Shown here: in pieces, positions 45,180 to 54,010 of the stretch | Numbering within the stretch: position 1 is the stretch's first letter | Layout of the letters: each line of letters starts with the position of its first letter | NCBI GenBank assembly: GCA_963662625.1 | Contig: OY759726.1 | Span: 160,001-224,000 of the forward strand | Length of the DNA stretch: 64,000 bases | From: Nitrosopumilus sp. | GTDB lineage: Archaea > Thermoproteota > Nitrososphaeria > Nitrososphaerales > Nitrosopumilaceae | Reading direction: 5' to 3' | The notes under the pieces: model-generated | Database searches by the model: none | Told to the model about the DNA's origin: nothing | The model's input: the letters and a program-made list of their open reading frames with translations, nothing else | Translations under genes and position numbers: made by a program

Positions 45180-46408
45180 GCGCGGCGGGTGGAAGGATGC
45201 TGCAGAGGGCGGACTACACCCACAAGTTCAACAAGGGGGCCGGGAGGCACGGCTGGCTGCGCCTTACCCCGGCCTACTCCGTGAAGATCGTCGACGAGTT
45301 GATCGGGAGGTCTGGCCCGGGGGGGCGCGTGCTGGATCCGTTCTGCGGCACGGCGACCACCGCCCTATGCGCCGCGTACCGCGGGCACGAGTGTGTGACA
45401 GTCGACATAAACCCGTTCCTCGTATGGCTGGGGAGGGCTAAGACCGCCTCCTATTCCAAGGACTCCGCCGACGCGGCGCGGGCCGCGTGCGGGAGGATCG
45501 TGGCCGAAGCCGAGCGCGGCGGGGGGGCGGCCGCGACCCCGCCGCCAATCCACAACATAGGCAGGTGGTGGGGAAAGGCGGAACTTGACTCGCTGTGCAA
45601 GCTAAAGGCGTGCGTGGAACGCGAGTGCGGCGCCGATCCCGGCGCGCGCGACATCCTCATGGTGGCGTTTTGCAAGACCATGATAGGGGTATCAAACGCG
45701 GCATTCAACCACCAGTCAATGTCGTTCAAGGAGCGCCACGGGCGCGGCCGCGCCGCGGACGTCGGGGGGACATTCGGCATCGACGTGGAGTCCGTCATTG
45801 CCGGCATGGGGGGGAACCCGAAGGGGAAGGCGGCCGTGCTTGCCGGGGATTCCAGGCGGCTGGAAGCGGTGGTCGACGGGAGCTTTGACGCGGTGGTCAC
45901 CTCCCCGCCATACGCCAACAGGATGTCATACATCCGCGAATTGAGGCCGTACATGTACTGGCTTGGGTTCCTCAACGACGGGAGGGAAGCTGGGGACCTG
46001 GACTGGTCGGCGATCGGGGGCACATGGGGGGTAGCCACCAGCAGGCTTGCCGGGTGGAAGCCCCCGGAGGGGGCATTTACCCACCCGCGCCTTGACGCGG
46101 CGCTTGAGGGGATGTCCAACCCCTCCAACAGGAGCGGGGACATACTTTCAAACTACGTAGCCAGGTATTTTGATGACATGTGGACCCATTTCAATTCCCT
46201 GGTCCGCGTGCTGAATGGCGGGGCGGAAGTCCACTACATCGTCGGGAACTCCACGTTTTACGGGACCCTGCTGCCGGTGGAGGGACTTTATGCCGAGATG
46301 CTCAGGCGCCTTGGGTTCCGTGACGTGCGGTGCAGGCCAATACGGAAACGCAACTCCAAGAAGGAGCTGTTCGAGTTCGACGTGTCCGGGCGATGGGGTG
46401 GCGGCTGA
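45176..46408 (+). CDS. Amino (N4-C-type) DNA methyltransferase, alpha class
   Basis: LDPFCGTATT precedes VTSPPY; GTGA coupling to the endonuclease. Confidence 0.88.
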   Translation: MSAAGGRMLQRADYTHKFNKGAGRHGWLRLTPAYSVKIVDELIGRSGPGGRVLDPFCGTATTALCAAYRGHECVTVDINPFLVWLGRAKTASYSKDSADAARAACGRIVAEAERGGGAAATPPPIHNIGRWWGKAELDSLCKLKACVERECGADPGARDILMVAFCKTMIGVSNAAFNHQSMSFKERHGRGRAADVGGTFGIDVESVIAGMGGNPKGKAAVLAGDSRRLEAVVDGSFDAVVTSPPYANRMSYIRELRPYMYWLGFLNDGREAGDLDWSAIGGTWGVATSRLAGWKPPEGAFTHPRLDAALEGMSNPSNRSGDILSNYVARYFDDMWTHFNSLVRVLNGGAEVHYIVGNSTFYGTLLPVEGLYAEMLRRLGFRDVRCRPIRKRNSKKELFEFDVSGRWGGG

Positions 46409-46450
46409 CCCGGGACCCGCCGACCCCAGCGTGATGGCCACGGCCGCGGC

Positions 46451-46642
46451 TCACTCCCCCAGCAGCCTCCGCCTCGCGTGGCCCAGCTTGGCGTCGTAGT
46501 GCTTCTGCCTCGCCATGGCCACGGCCTCGTTGGTCGACTCCAGGCCCTTCTTGCCGCAGTAGACGCGGTAGTTCCTGCCGTCCACGGCGTACCCGTAGAC
46601 GATGTAGGTGCCGCTGGGCCTGCGGACCTCGGAAATCGCCAT
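46451..46642 (-). CDS. Small basic protein (YIVYGY...RVYCGK), possible nucleic-acid binder
   Basis: TATAAA box on minus strand at 46663-46668; protein-like sequence. Confidence 0.55.
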   Translation of the reverse strand: MAISEVRRPSGTYIVYGYAVDGRNYRVYCGKKGLESTNEAVAMARQKHYDAKLGHARRRLLGE

Positions 46643-46969
46643 GCACATAATCCGCCCGGTTGTTTATATTAGTTTCCTAATATCTACCCTTTTATACGAT
46701 TCCCGCGTAACATATGGCATGGGAACGGAAGGAGCGTGCCCGGCGGCGACGCCGGGGCGAGCAGGGTTGCAAGCCCTCACGGGTTTCCAGGGGATCCCCC
46801 TGATGACCCCTGGCCGTGCCAGCGGACCATCCCGGGTCTTGGCATGCCACGGGGGCCCTGCCGCCCGGCATGTTCCGGACGTTCCCAAAACCTGCGGGTA
46901 CCGGCCGCGCCGCCCCCGTCGCGGCCGGCCCGCCACCCCCCAGGATCCGGCGCCCCCGGGTGAGGCCGC

Positions 46970-48334
46970 TTGCTGATCCTGCAGGGCGGGGAGACGGTGA
47001 GGCGCAGGTATCCCGCCAAGATAAGGAAGATGGGGAAGGGCATATTCTACGTGACCAGCCGCAGGCTCTGCTTCGAGTCCGAGAGGCACGGGCTGTCGTT
47101 CGACCTGGGGTACGGGATGGTGTACAGGTGGGGCCGCGACAAGAATGGCGTGCACGTGGAGTGGCACGAGTACCCCGAGGGGTTCGAGAGGACGTACGAG
47201 GGGGACGGCCTGTTTGAGTTCTTCGACCACCCGGCGCACGCCGTGAAGGTGGAGCTTGCCAGGAAGAAGCTGGACGGCGGGCCGGCGTACCCGTTCGAGG
47301 CGGCCGCGGCCATCTACTACGCCTACATGGGCTTCCACAGGGACGGCTGCAACGGGTACCCAAAGTGGGGCGGGTGGACCTTCTGGGGGAAGTACTTTGA
47401 CCGGAACGGGAACAAGAAGGACCACTTCCAGGACGCCTGGAGGATCCCGTGGAAGTACGTGAGGGAGGACAAGGGCCGCGACGCCCAGGGATTCCCGAAG
47501 GACTGGAGGGAGGTGAAACGGAGGGTCTTCGAGGAGGCGTACCTGGAGATGTGCGCCGACCCCGGAAAGCCGCTGGGGGAGATCGTGAACAAGCGTGGCA
47601 AGCCTGATCCGTCATACCCCGACAGGTCCTACTACAATGAGACGTCGTACCCCGACGGGACGCATTACCTTATAGACCCGCAGACCGGGAGGCCGTACCC
47701 GGCGCTGGGCGGTTCCCTGCTGGAGCAGGACGTCTACTGCTACATTCGTTGGGAGGGGCTGCACTCTGCCACCGAGAGCGTGCGCCGGAAGGCAGGCGGC
47801 CCGTGGCTGGAGGAAAGAATGGCGCGTGTCGAGAAGGACCTCAAGGTCTGCGAGAACCCGATCCGCACCAAGCACGAGATAAGGCACCTCGAGGAGATCG
47901 GGAACAGGAAGGCCCTCACGTCGCGCCACGGGAGGGTGCCGCGCAAGCTGACCTTCGTCCCCGGGAACGGGGACGGCAGCGAATTGCTCACCAGGATCTA
48001 CGAGGACATGCTCGTGCGATGCGACACATGGCCGCATCCCGAGTTCAACATGGGCCCGCACACCATGTACGAGTTCGTCGACAACTGCAAGCGGGTGTAC
48101 CCGTACTACCTCAGGCTGGTGGAGCTCCTCAGGGAGGGGGCCAGGGACGGCACCTTCAAGGTGCCTGACCACTTTGGGACCTACGGGAACGAGGTGGCCA
48201 GGCTCCTGAGGAAGAAGATGGACGCCGGGGAGGACGTCTCCGGCTGGACCCCTGACGTGAGGGTGATGACATACCAGGAGGAGCACGACAGGGAGGTGGC
48301 CGAGTTCGGCCGCCTCCTGGCCGAGACCGTATAG
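46970..48334 (+). CDS. Hypothetical protein with N-terminal PH/GRAM-like domain
   Basis: GKGIFYVTSRRLCFES motif; aromatic-rich protein-like composition. Confidence 0.65.
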   Translation: MLILQGGETVRRRYPAKIRKMGKGIFYVTSRRLCFESERHGLSFDLGYGMVYRWGRDKNGVHVEWHEYPEGFERTYEGDGLFEFFDHPAHAVKVELARKKLDGGPAYPFEAAAAIYYAYMGFHRDGCNGYPKWGGWTFWGKYFDRNGNKKDHFQDAWRIPWKYVREDKGRDAQGFPKDWREVKRRVFEEAYLEMCADPGKPLGEIVNKRGKPDPSYPDRSYYNETSYPDGTHYLIDPQTGRPYPALGGSLLEQDVYCYIRWEGLHSATESVRRKAGGPWLEERMARVEKDLKVCENPIRTKHEIRHLEEIGNRKALTSRHGRVPRKLTFVPGNGDGSELLTRIYEDMLVRCDTWPHPEFNMGPHTMYEFVDNCKRVYPYYLRLVELLREGARDGTFKVPDHFGTYGNEVARLLRKKMDAGEDVSGWTPDVRVMTYQEEHDREVAEFGRLLAETV

Positions 48335-48365
48335 CCGCCCCGCCAGGCGGGAGCGGGGGGAGGGT

Positions 48366-50345
48366 CTATCCCCCCTCCACCTCGCCCATCGAGTTCCTGT
48401 CGATCATCTCCCGGATCTTCTTCGCGGTGAAGCCCTTCTCCCCGTTCTGCTCCACGAGGTCGTTGATCATCTGGTCCTTCACCCTGGACTCTGCCACCTT
48501 TCCCTCCAGGTCCCCGTTCTCCGCCACCAGGCCGTTGAATGCCTCGTCAAGGTCCCCGTCGTCCAGCGTGCCACTGACCAGTGACCGCTGGAGGTTCCCC
48601 ATTGGGCCTCGGAATTCCGAGGCGGCGTCGGCGAGGTCGGCGTCCATCCTCCCCTCCATTTCCATCTGATCGAGCTTGTCCATGACATTTTCATGCTTCT
48701 CATCGGAGGTGGTTTTCTCGTTCCAGTCACCGCTGGCCTTGTCGCCTTCCGGCAGCCTGTCGTCCATGGCCTCGCTGCTCTCCTCGCCCCGGTGCGTGGC
48801 GTCGCTGTCCGTGATGGCCTTGGAGATCGCCGCGTCCTGCGTGCGCGGCGACATCAGCGCCGCCGACGCCGGGTCCACGCCGTGGCCCATCTCCGCCCCG
48901 GAGTGCACGCCGCCGGCCAGCGACTTCGCGTCCACCCCCACGCCGCCCATGCTGGGGACCCCGGCCGAGGCGATCCCGCCCATGGCCCCCGCCCCGAGGC
49001 CCTTCAGCGCCGCCAGCGCGCCCCCGCCCAGTCCCTTGCCGCCCCTCGAGGCGTCGTGCGCCGCGGTGGCCGCCGAGGAGACGGCCATCCCGGTTATCAT
49101 GGCGCCAGACTGCACGGCCGAGCTCACCACCTGCGTGGCCATGGTGGTGACGTTGCCCAGTATCGGCACCAGGATCACCGGCAGCGTCACGGCGAAGAAC
49201 ACCACGGCCATGCTGGTGATCCAGGTGTAGACGAACCCGTCGACGGCGGCGTCCTGGCCCCCGGCCTCGGCTATGGTCGCGGCACCGACGACGATTATGG
49301 CCGCCGACATGAGGGGGAGCAGCAGCAGCGCGGGGAGGGCGTTGATCATCTTGTTGGCGAACTCCTCGACGCGCGGGATCAGCGAGAGCATGAGGAAGAG
49401 CGGGAGCGCGGCGATGATCATCCCCACGAGCATGTCGGCCATTATCCCTATCATGATGGAGAGGATGAGCACCTGGAGCGCCACCAGGGCCTTGGTCAGC
49501 ATCAGGAACATGTTCTTGAAGACGTCCTCCCCGCGCTGTATCCCTCCCTGGACGTCGCCCATCCAGCCTATGTTGGCGTCGCTGCCGGCGGGGCCGACGA
49601 TCTCCCCCTTGATCTGGTCGGCGATGGTCACCACGTTCCCGCCGTCGGTCGCTATGAGGTCCGCCGCCGCCGGGGGGACCGCCGGCTGCCCCGGGATGGG
49701 GGGGATGGAGTCTTCGGTGGCGCGCAGCATCTGGCCGAACACGTAGGTGACCTTGAACTCGGGGCGGCACACGGACTCCATCTCGGCGAACGTGTTGGGC
49801 GCCGACCCGAGTATGTACGGGTTCCCGTCCACCTGCGCCCGCGCGTCGACGCCGGCCACGCAGGGGGAGTCGTCGTCGAACGAGTACAGCGGGTTGAGCA
49901 CCCAGTACGAGACGTTGGTGACGCCCGCGGCAAGCTCGTCCCACAGCGGGGGGAAGACCATGATCACCAGCATGAACAGCAGCGACTTTGAGATCATCCT
50001 GTTTGCCGTCCCCTGCTGCATGATCCCGGTCTCCGTGGACTCCATGAACTTGGCGAGTCCGGCGAAGACGAGCACGACCACGAAGAGCCCGAACGCCAGG
50101 ATCCGCATGCCCTGGAACACCTTGAATGTCTCATTGCCGTCCTCCTGCCCGCCCACTATGGTGTAGTCGAACCCTGGCGTCTGGAACGCCAGGGCGATGT
50201 AGGTCTTGTCGAGTATCCCAGACCACGCGACTATCACCCCGACCATGGCCACGACCATCATTATCCCGGCGCCCACGACTATCATGGAACCTATGGCCGG
50301 GACCCTCTTCCGGGGGCGCGCGGCGCCCCACGCCATCTTCCTCAC
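48366..50345 (-). CDS. VirB6/TrbL-like polytopic membrane protein (paralogue 2) with acidic C-terminal tail
   Basis: Clear similarity to 39319-40644 (VCRPEF, DML.GMII.ALPL); GTG 50345 or ATG 50336 fits tra-type promoter. Confidence 0.65.
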   Translation of the reverse strand: MRKMAWGAARPRKRVPAIGSMIVVGAGIMMVVAMVGVIVAWSGILDKTYIALAFQTPGFDYTIVGGQEDGNETFKVFQGMRILAFGLFVVVLVFAGLAKFMESTETGIMQQGTANRMISKSLLFMLVIMVFPPLWDELAAGVTNVSYWVLNPLYSFDDDSPCVAGVDARAQVDGNPYILGSAPNTFAEMESVCRPEFKVTYVFGQMLRATEDSIPPIPGQPAVPPAAADLIATDGGNVVTIADQIKGEIVGPAGSDANIGWMGDVQGGIQRGEDVFKNMFLMLTKALVALQVLILSIMIGIMADMLVGMIIAALPLFLMLSLIPRVEEFANKMINALPALLLLPLMSAAIIVVGAATIAEAGGQDAAVDGFVYTWITSMAVVFFAVTLPVILVPILGNVTTMATQVVSSAVQSGAMITGMAVSSAATAAHDASRGGKGLGGGALAALKGLGAGAMGGIASAGVPSMGGVGVDAKSLAGGVHSGAEMGHGVDPASAALMSPRTQDAAISKAITDSDATHRGEESSEAMDDRLPEGDKASGDWNEKTTSDEKHENVMDKLDQMEMEGRMDADLADAASEFRGPMGNLQRSLVSGTLDDGDLDEAFNGLVAENGDLEGKVAESRVKDQMINDLVEQNGEKGFTAKKIREMIDRNSMGEVEGG

Positions 50346-50392
50346 GGGATCAAGAGTCGCGGGCGTATTTAACAGGGAATGGGGGTGGGGGC

Positions 50393-50419
50393 GACCACGT
50401 GCCAATTTGGCACGTGGTC
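50393..50419. promoter_or_regulatory. Perfect 27-bp palindrome upstream of the VirB6-like promoter (candidate operator)
   Basis: GACCACGTGCCAA-T-TTGGCACGTGGTC. Confidence 0.7.
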
Positions 50420-50652
50420 CCGGGCCATGTCGCGCCGCCGTCTCGAACGCCCTCCTGTTCTGTTCCCTGGCCCGCACTTCACTCCAGGAATCTGGGACAT
50501 CCCCGGCCCGGAAGATCCGCGCGCGCCGTCGACCTGAGGGCGAGCCTGTCGCACCCCCCCCGTGCCGCAGGTGGTCGGCGGGACGCCCCTTCCGCCCGCC
50601 ACCGGCCTTGCCGGCCTGGTTCCGCACCTGGAGCATGGCTGGCCTGGCGGCG

Positions 50653-51057
50653 TCATCCTCCCCCCGGCCTCCCGAACCTGACCACCTCGGTCCTTGAGAT
50701 CCTGTAGATCCCCCGCCGCCTCATGATGGCGATGGCCAGCGAGCGTCCCGCCGAGCGGCGCCGGGAGGATTCCCTGTTGTTTGATCTCCTCAGCACCCCA
50801 GCCCACCCGGCGGGCCGGTCCCCGGCCTCCCTCCTGGCCGTCCCGGCGCCGACGTCCCCCCGCCTCCTCGCGCTGGACCGGTTCTGCCACAGTTCGGCCG
50901 AACGGGCGCACCGGCGCGAGCAGTACCTGCCCCTTCCACGCCCGGCCTTGCCTGGCCCGATGCTCCCCCCGCACGCCAGGCACGCGGCGCCGGCCGTCAG
51001 ATCTCCCGCGCCCGGCACGCGTCCTGGCCGGGGCGTCTGGCCGGGCGCCCCGGTCAA
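50653..51057 (-). CDS. Small basic Zn-finger protein (CLAC...YCSRRC)
   Basis: TTGA overlap with upstream stop; same Cys pattern as 34133-34570. Confidence 0.55.
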   Translation of the reverse strand: MTGAPGQTPRPGRVPGAGDLTAGAACLACGGSIGPGKAGRGRGRYCSRRCARSAELWQNRSSARRRGDVGAGTARREAGDRPAGWAGVLRRSNNRESSRRRSAGRSLAIAIMRRRGIYRISRTEVVRFGRPGGG

Positions 51058-51604
51058 CGGATCGTCCCCGCCAGCGCCCGCGCCACCGCGGCCGCCAGCA
51101 GCGGGGGCACGGCGTTGCCGACCTGGCCGTACTGCGAAAGCGTCAGCCTCCCGCTCCTCCCGCCAGAGGTCCTTGGGCCGGTGAAGCGGTACCAGTCGGG
51201 GAAGGACTGCAGCCTGGCCGACTCCCTGACGGTCAGGATCCTGTCCCGCGAGTAGTGTATCATGTCCTCCATCATGAACGCCCTGGGGCGGAATTCCCCC
51301 AGGAAGCGCGCCAGGTGCTCGAAGAGGGAGTTCCGCGGGTCCCCCTCCTCCCCCGCCCCGGCGTAGGAGAATCCCTGGCAGGACGGCCCGGCCGCCACCA
51401 GGTCCACGGGGCCGACCGCGCGCCTCGCCTCGGCGGCGTCCACGTCCGCGATGTCGGCGCACACCACCCCAGAGCCTTGGAGGTTGGCGGCGTACGTCCT
51501 CGCCGCGTACGGGGAGGAGTCGACGGCGAGGCGCACGTCGAACCCGGCCATGGACAGGCCCAGGCCCATCCCCCCGCGCCGCAGAAGAGGTCTATCGCGG
51601 CCAT
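51054..51604 (-). pseudogene. dcm: Degenerate cytosine-5 methyltransferase (frameshift and large internal deletion)
   Basis: DLFCGAG then frameshift in a G6 run; GPSCQGFS; FMMED joins directly to [22 protein letters not shown], so motifs VII-VIII and the TRD are absent. Confidence 0.8.
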
Positions 51605-51648
51605 CCCCCCCCCCCCGCCCGGGACGGCCGCCGCGCGCCGGCCAGGCC

Positions 51649-53757
51649 CTAGATGGAGGTGGTCACGGTCGGGTGGCGGAGGCCGACCGTGACCTCGCTG
51701 TCGGCCCACTCGAACTCCACCAGGCCCACCGGGTAGGGGCCGGCGACGCTTTCGGGCACCAGTCCGATTATGTCCGCCACCACCGCCAGGTAGAACTCCA
51801 CGTAGTCCCCCTCGGAGAGGCCGGGGATCACCTCGACGTGTCGGTCTATCCAGAGGCCCCCAAAGTCGTAGCCGATCCTGGCCGACGCCTCCCTGTCGCC
51901 GCCTGCCGCCCGCTCTATCGGGTCCGTGAAGACGTGCGAGTCAGCCACCGCCACGCCGCGCCTGTCGGTCACCGCCGACGAGCCTGAGAGGAGCACCCTC
52001 TTCCCCTTGGCAAAGTCGCCGCACTCGCTGTCCACCGAGGCGCCGCCGGACCCGATCGTGCGCTCCTCCCCGTTGACGAAGAGCCGCATCCACACCTCGA
52101 CGGGGCTGCCTATCCCCGGGATCGACCTCACGCCCTGGCCGGCGGGCGTGGCCCAGGCCATCTCCTCCACGGCCGGGGGGGCCAGGCCGCCTATGACCTT
52201 CCCGTTCTCGACGTGCCCGCCCCCGATCACGTCCGCGCTGATCCTCACCTTGAGGTCCCCGTGGTCCGAGGCGATCGTGGAGGAGTACGCTATGGCGCAC
52301 GCCTGCTCGTCCCTTATCTCCCCCCTGGGGAGCCCGGCCTTGGGGGTCGTCCCGGTGGAGCCGGACTCCGTGGAGCTGACCGAGTCGGATATCTTCATGC
52401 TCCCGGATCCGAGCACGTCCACGTACTCCATCCTGGTCGGGGTGTCCTCGACCTCGAACGCCAGGCCGCCGTACCTCGGGATGACCGGGAAGTAGGCGTC
52501 TCCGCCGTCGGCGGCGTACTCGCCGTCCAGGTACGGGAGGCGGAGATCCGGCAGCCCGTCGCCGACGAGCCTGGCCTCCTGGATCTCGAGGTCGAACATG
52601 ATCGGGATCTTGACCGACGAGTACACGTTGATCACCACGTCGTCCCCGGATCCGGTCATCATGGCCTCCCCGTTACGGTGGTCGAACACTATCGTGCCGT
52701 CGCACGCGTGCCGTGGCTCCTCGCAGTGCATCGGGAGGTCGTGCATGTGGAACTTCGGCTGGTACCCGTCCCCGTAGAAGCTCACCGGGTACTTCGTGGT
52801 TATCGGCGTCCCCAACGGCTTGGCCCAGTAGAGTCCCACGTCGTGTATGGTGTCCTCGATCATCGTCACGAAGGAGAACCTGTTCGGGCCGCTGGGGGTG
52901 ATTTCCAGGAAATCGTGGCCGTAGGCGTCCCCGTAGATCCCGCTTGACACGTCGGTCGTGCCGTTCTCGGTGGCGTTCACCAGCATGTACACGTATGGGG
53001 ACTGGGGGTCGGTGGCGTTCCTCCCCGCCCCGTAGTAGAAGAAGTCGCCGGTGAACGACGGCGTCCTCTGCACTATCCCCGCCGGGTACCCCCGGATTAT
53101 GTCCAGCATCGGGACGAACGTCTCTATGATCCTGACGGTGGTGCCTTCGGCCAGGTCTCCCCTGACCGAGAACGTCGGGGTGCCGTCCAGTATCTCCACG
53201 ATGAACGTGTTGGGGGCGCCTCCCGGCGTCGGGCCCGCGAACGTGAGCTTGTTCGCGGCCACGTTCACCGTCTGGTTTGTCCCCCCGACCCAGTGGTGCT
53301 GGACGTTGGCGGTGTGGGGGGCGATGGCGTGGAACGCCCTCTCGTGCAGGCTTGGCTTCCCCCGGCCGTCGCTGTAGAACGCCCGGAACACGTCAGGGAT
53401 GTCGCCGACCCTCGAGTCCGCCTCGTCGAATTCGGCGATCATCCCAGTCGTGGGCCCGTCGTAATGCACGTACGGCCGCATCACCTCCATCCCGCAGTCG
53501 TCCGGGCTGGCGGGATCGAGGATCGAGTTGCACCCGTCGTTGAAGATCAGCACCCCCTCGGGGTCGTCGTGGACGATCCTGGCCGAGAAGGGGAGCAGCC
53601 TGACATAGTCCTCCACGGTCCCGAGCTCTGAGACGTGGACGTCGATCGGGAACTGGTTGCCGAGGTCCGTGACCATGAAGAACTCCGCTGCGAGCGCCGG
53701 CGGCGCGGCGGCCATGAGGATGGTAAGCGCCGCCGCGGCGGCCGCCGGTGCCCGCAT
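51649..53757 (-). CDS. Large secreted protein of unknown function
   Basis: Signal peptide [23 protein letters not shown]; TAATATA box at 53779-53785. Confidence 0.75.
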   Translation of the reverse strand: MRAPAAAAAALTILMAAAPPALAAEFFMVTDLGNQFPIDVHVSELGTVEDYVRLLPFSARIVHDDPEGVLIFNDGCNSILDPASPDDCGMEVMRPYVHYDGPTTGMIAEFDEADSRVGDIPDVFRAFYSDGRGKPSLHERAFHAIAPHTANVQHHWVGGTNQTVNVAANKLTFAGPTPGGAPNTFIVEILDGTPTFSVRGDLAEGTTVRIIETFVPMLDIIRGYPAGIVQRTPSFTGDFFYYGAGRNATDPQSPYVYMLVNATENGTTDVSSGIYGDAYGHDFLEITPSGPNRFSFVTMIEDTIHDVGLYWAKPLGTPITTKYPVSFYGDGYQPKFHMHDLPMHCEEPRHACDGTIVFDHRNGEAMMTGSGDDVVINVYSSVKIPIMFDLEIQEARLVGDGLPDLRLPYLDGEYAADGGDAYFPVIPRYGGLAFEVEDTPTRMEYVDVLGSGSMKISDSVSSTESGSTGTTPKAGLPRGEIRDEQACAIAYSSTIASDHGDLKVRISADVIGGGHVENGKVIGGLAPPAVEEMAWATPAGQGVRSIPGIGSPVEVWMRLFVNGEERTIGSGGASVDSECGDFAKGKRVLLSGSSAVTDRRGVAVADSHVFTDPIERAAGGDREASARIGYDFGGLWIDRHVEVIPGLSEGDYVEFYLAVVADIIGLVPESVAGPYPVGLVEFEWADSEVTVGLRHPTVTTSI

Positions 53758-54010
53758 GCCGCACAGGTAGCTGGGGGGTATATTAGGGGCCGTCATCGGC
53801 ACGCGAGGCGGAGCAGGCCCCCCCCCCGACGCCGGGGAGGCCCCCATAGCAGGCACGCCATCCCCATGGGCCTGGAGTTCGGCCGGGCCGGCAGCGTCCC
53901 CGCGGACCGGTGGAACCGGCTGGCCTGCCACGTGGCCATCGACGCGTAGGCCTCGGCGGCGACATCCTTCTTTCCGGCGCCGTCCCCCGGCCCGCCGGCC
54001 GGCGGGGTGA

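Noticed and set aside
46451-46642. Possible integrase N-terminal fragment
   Set aside because: Only a vague Y..Y...YCGK resemblance; no tyrosine-recombinase catalytic domain or att repeat nearby
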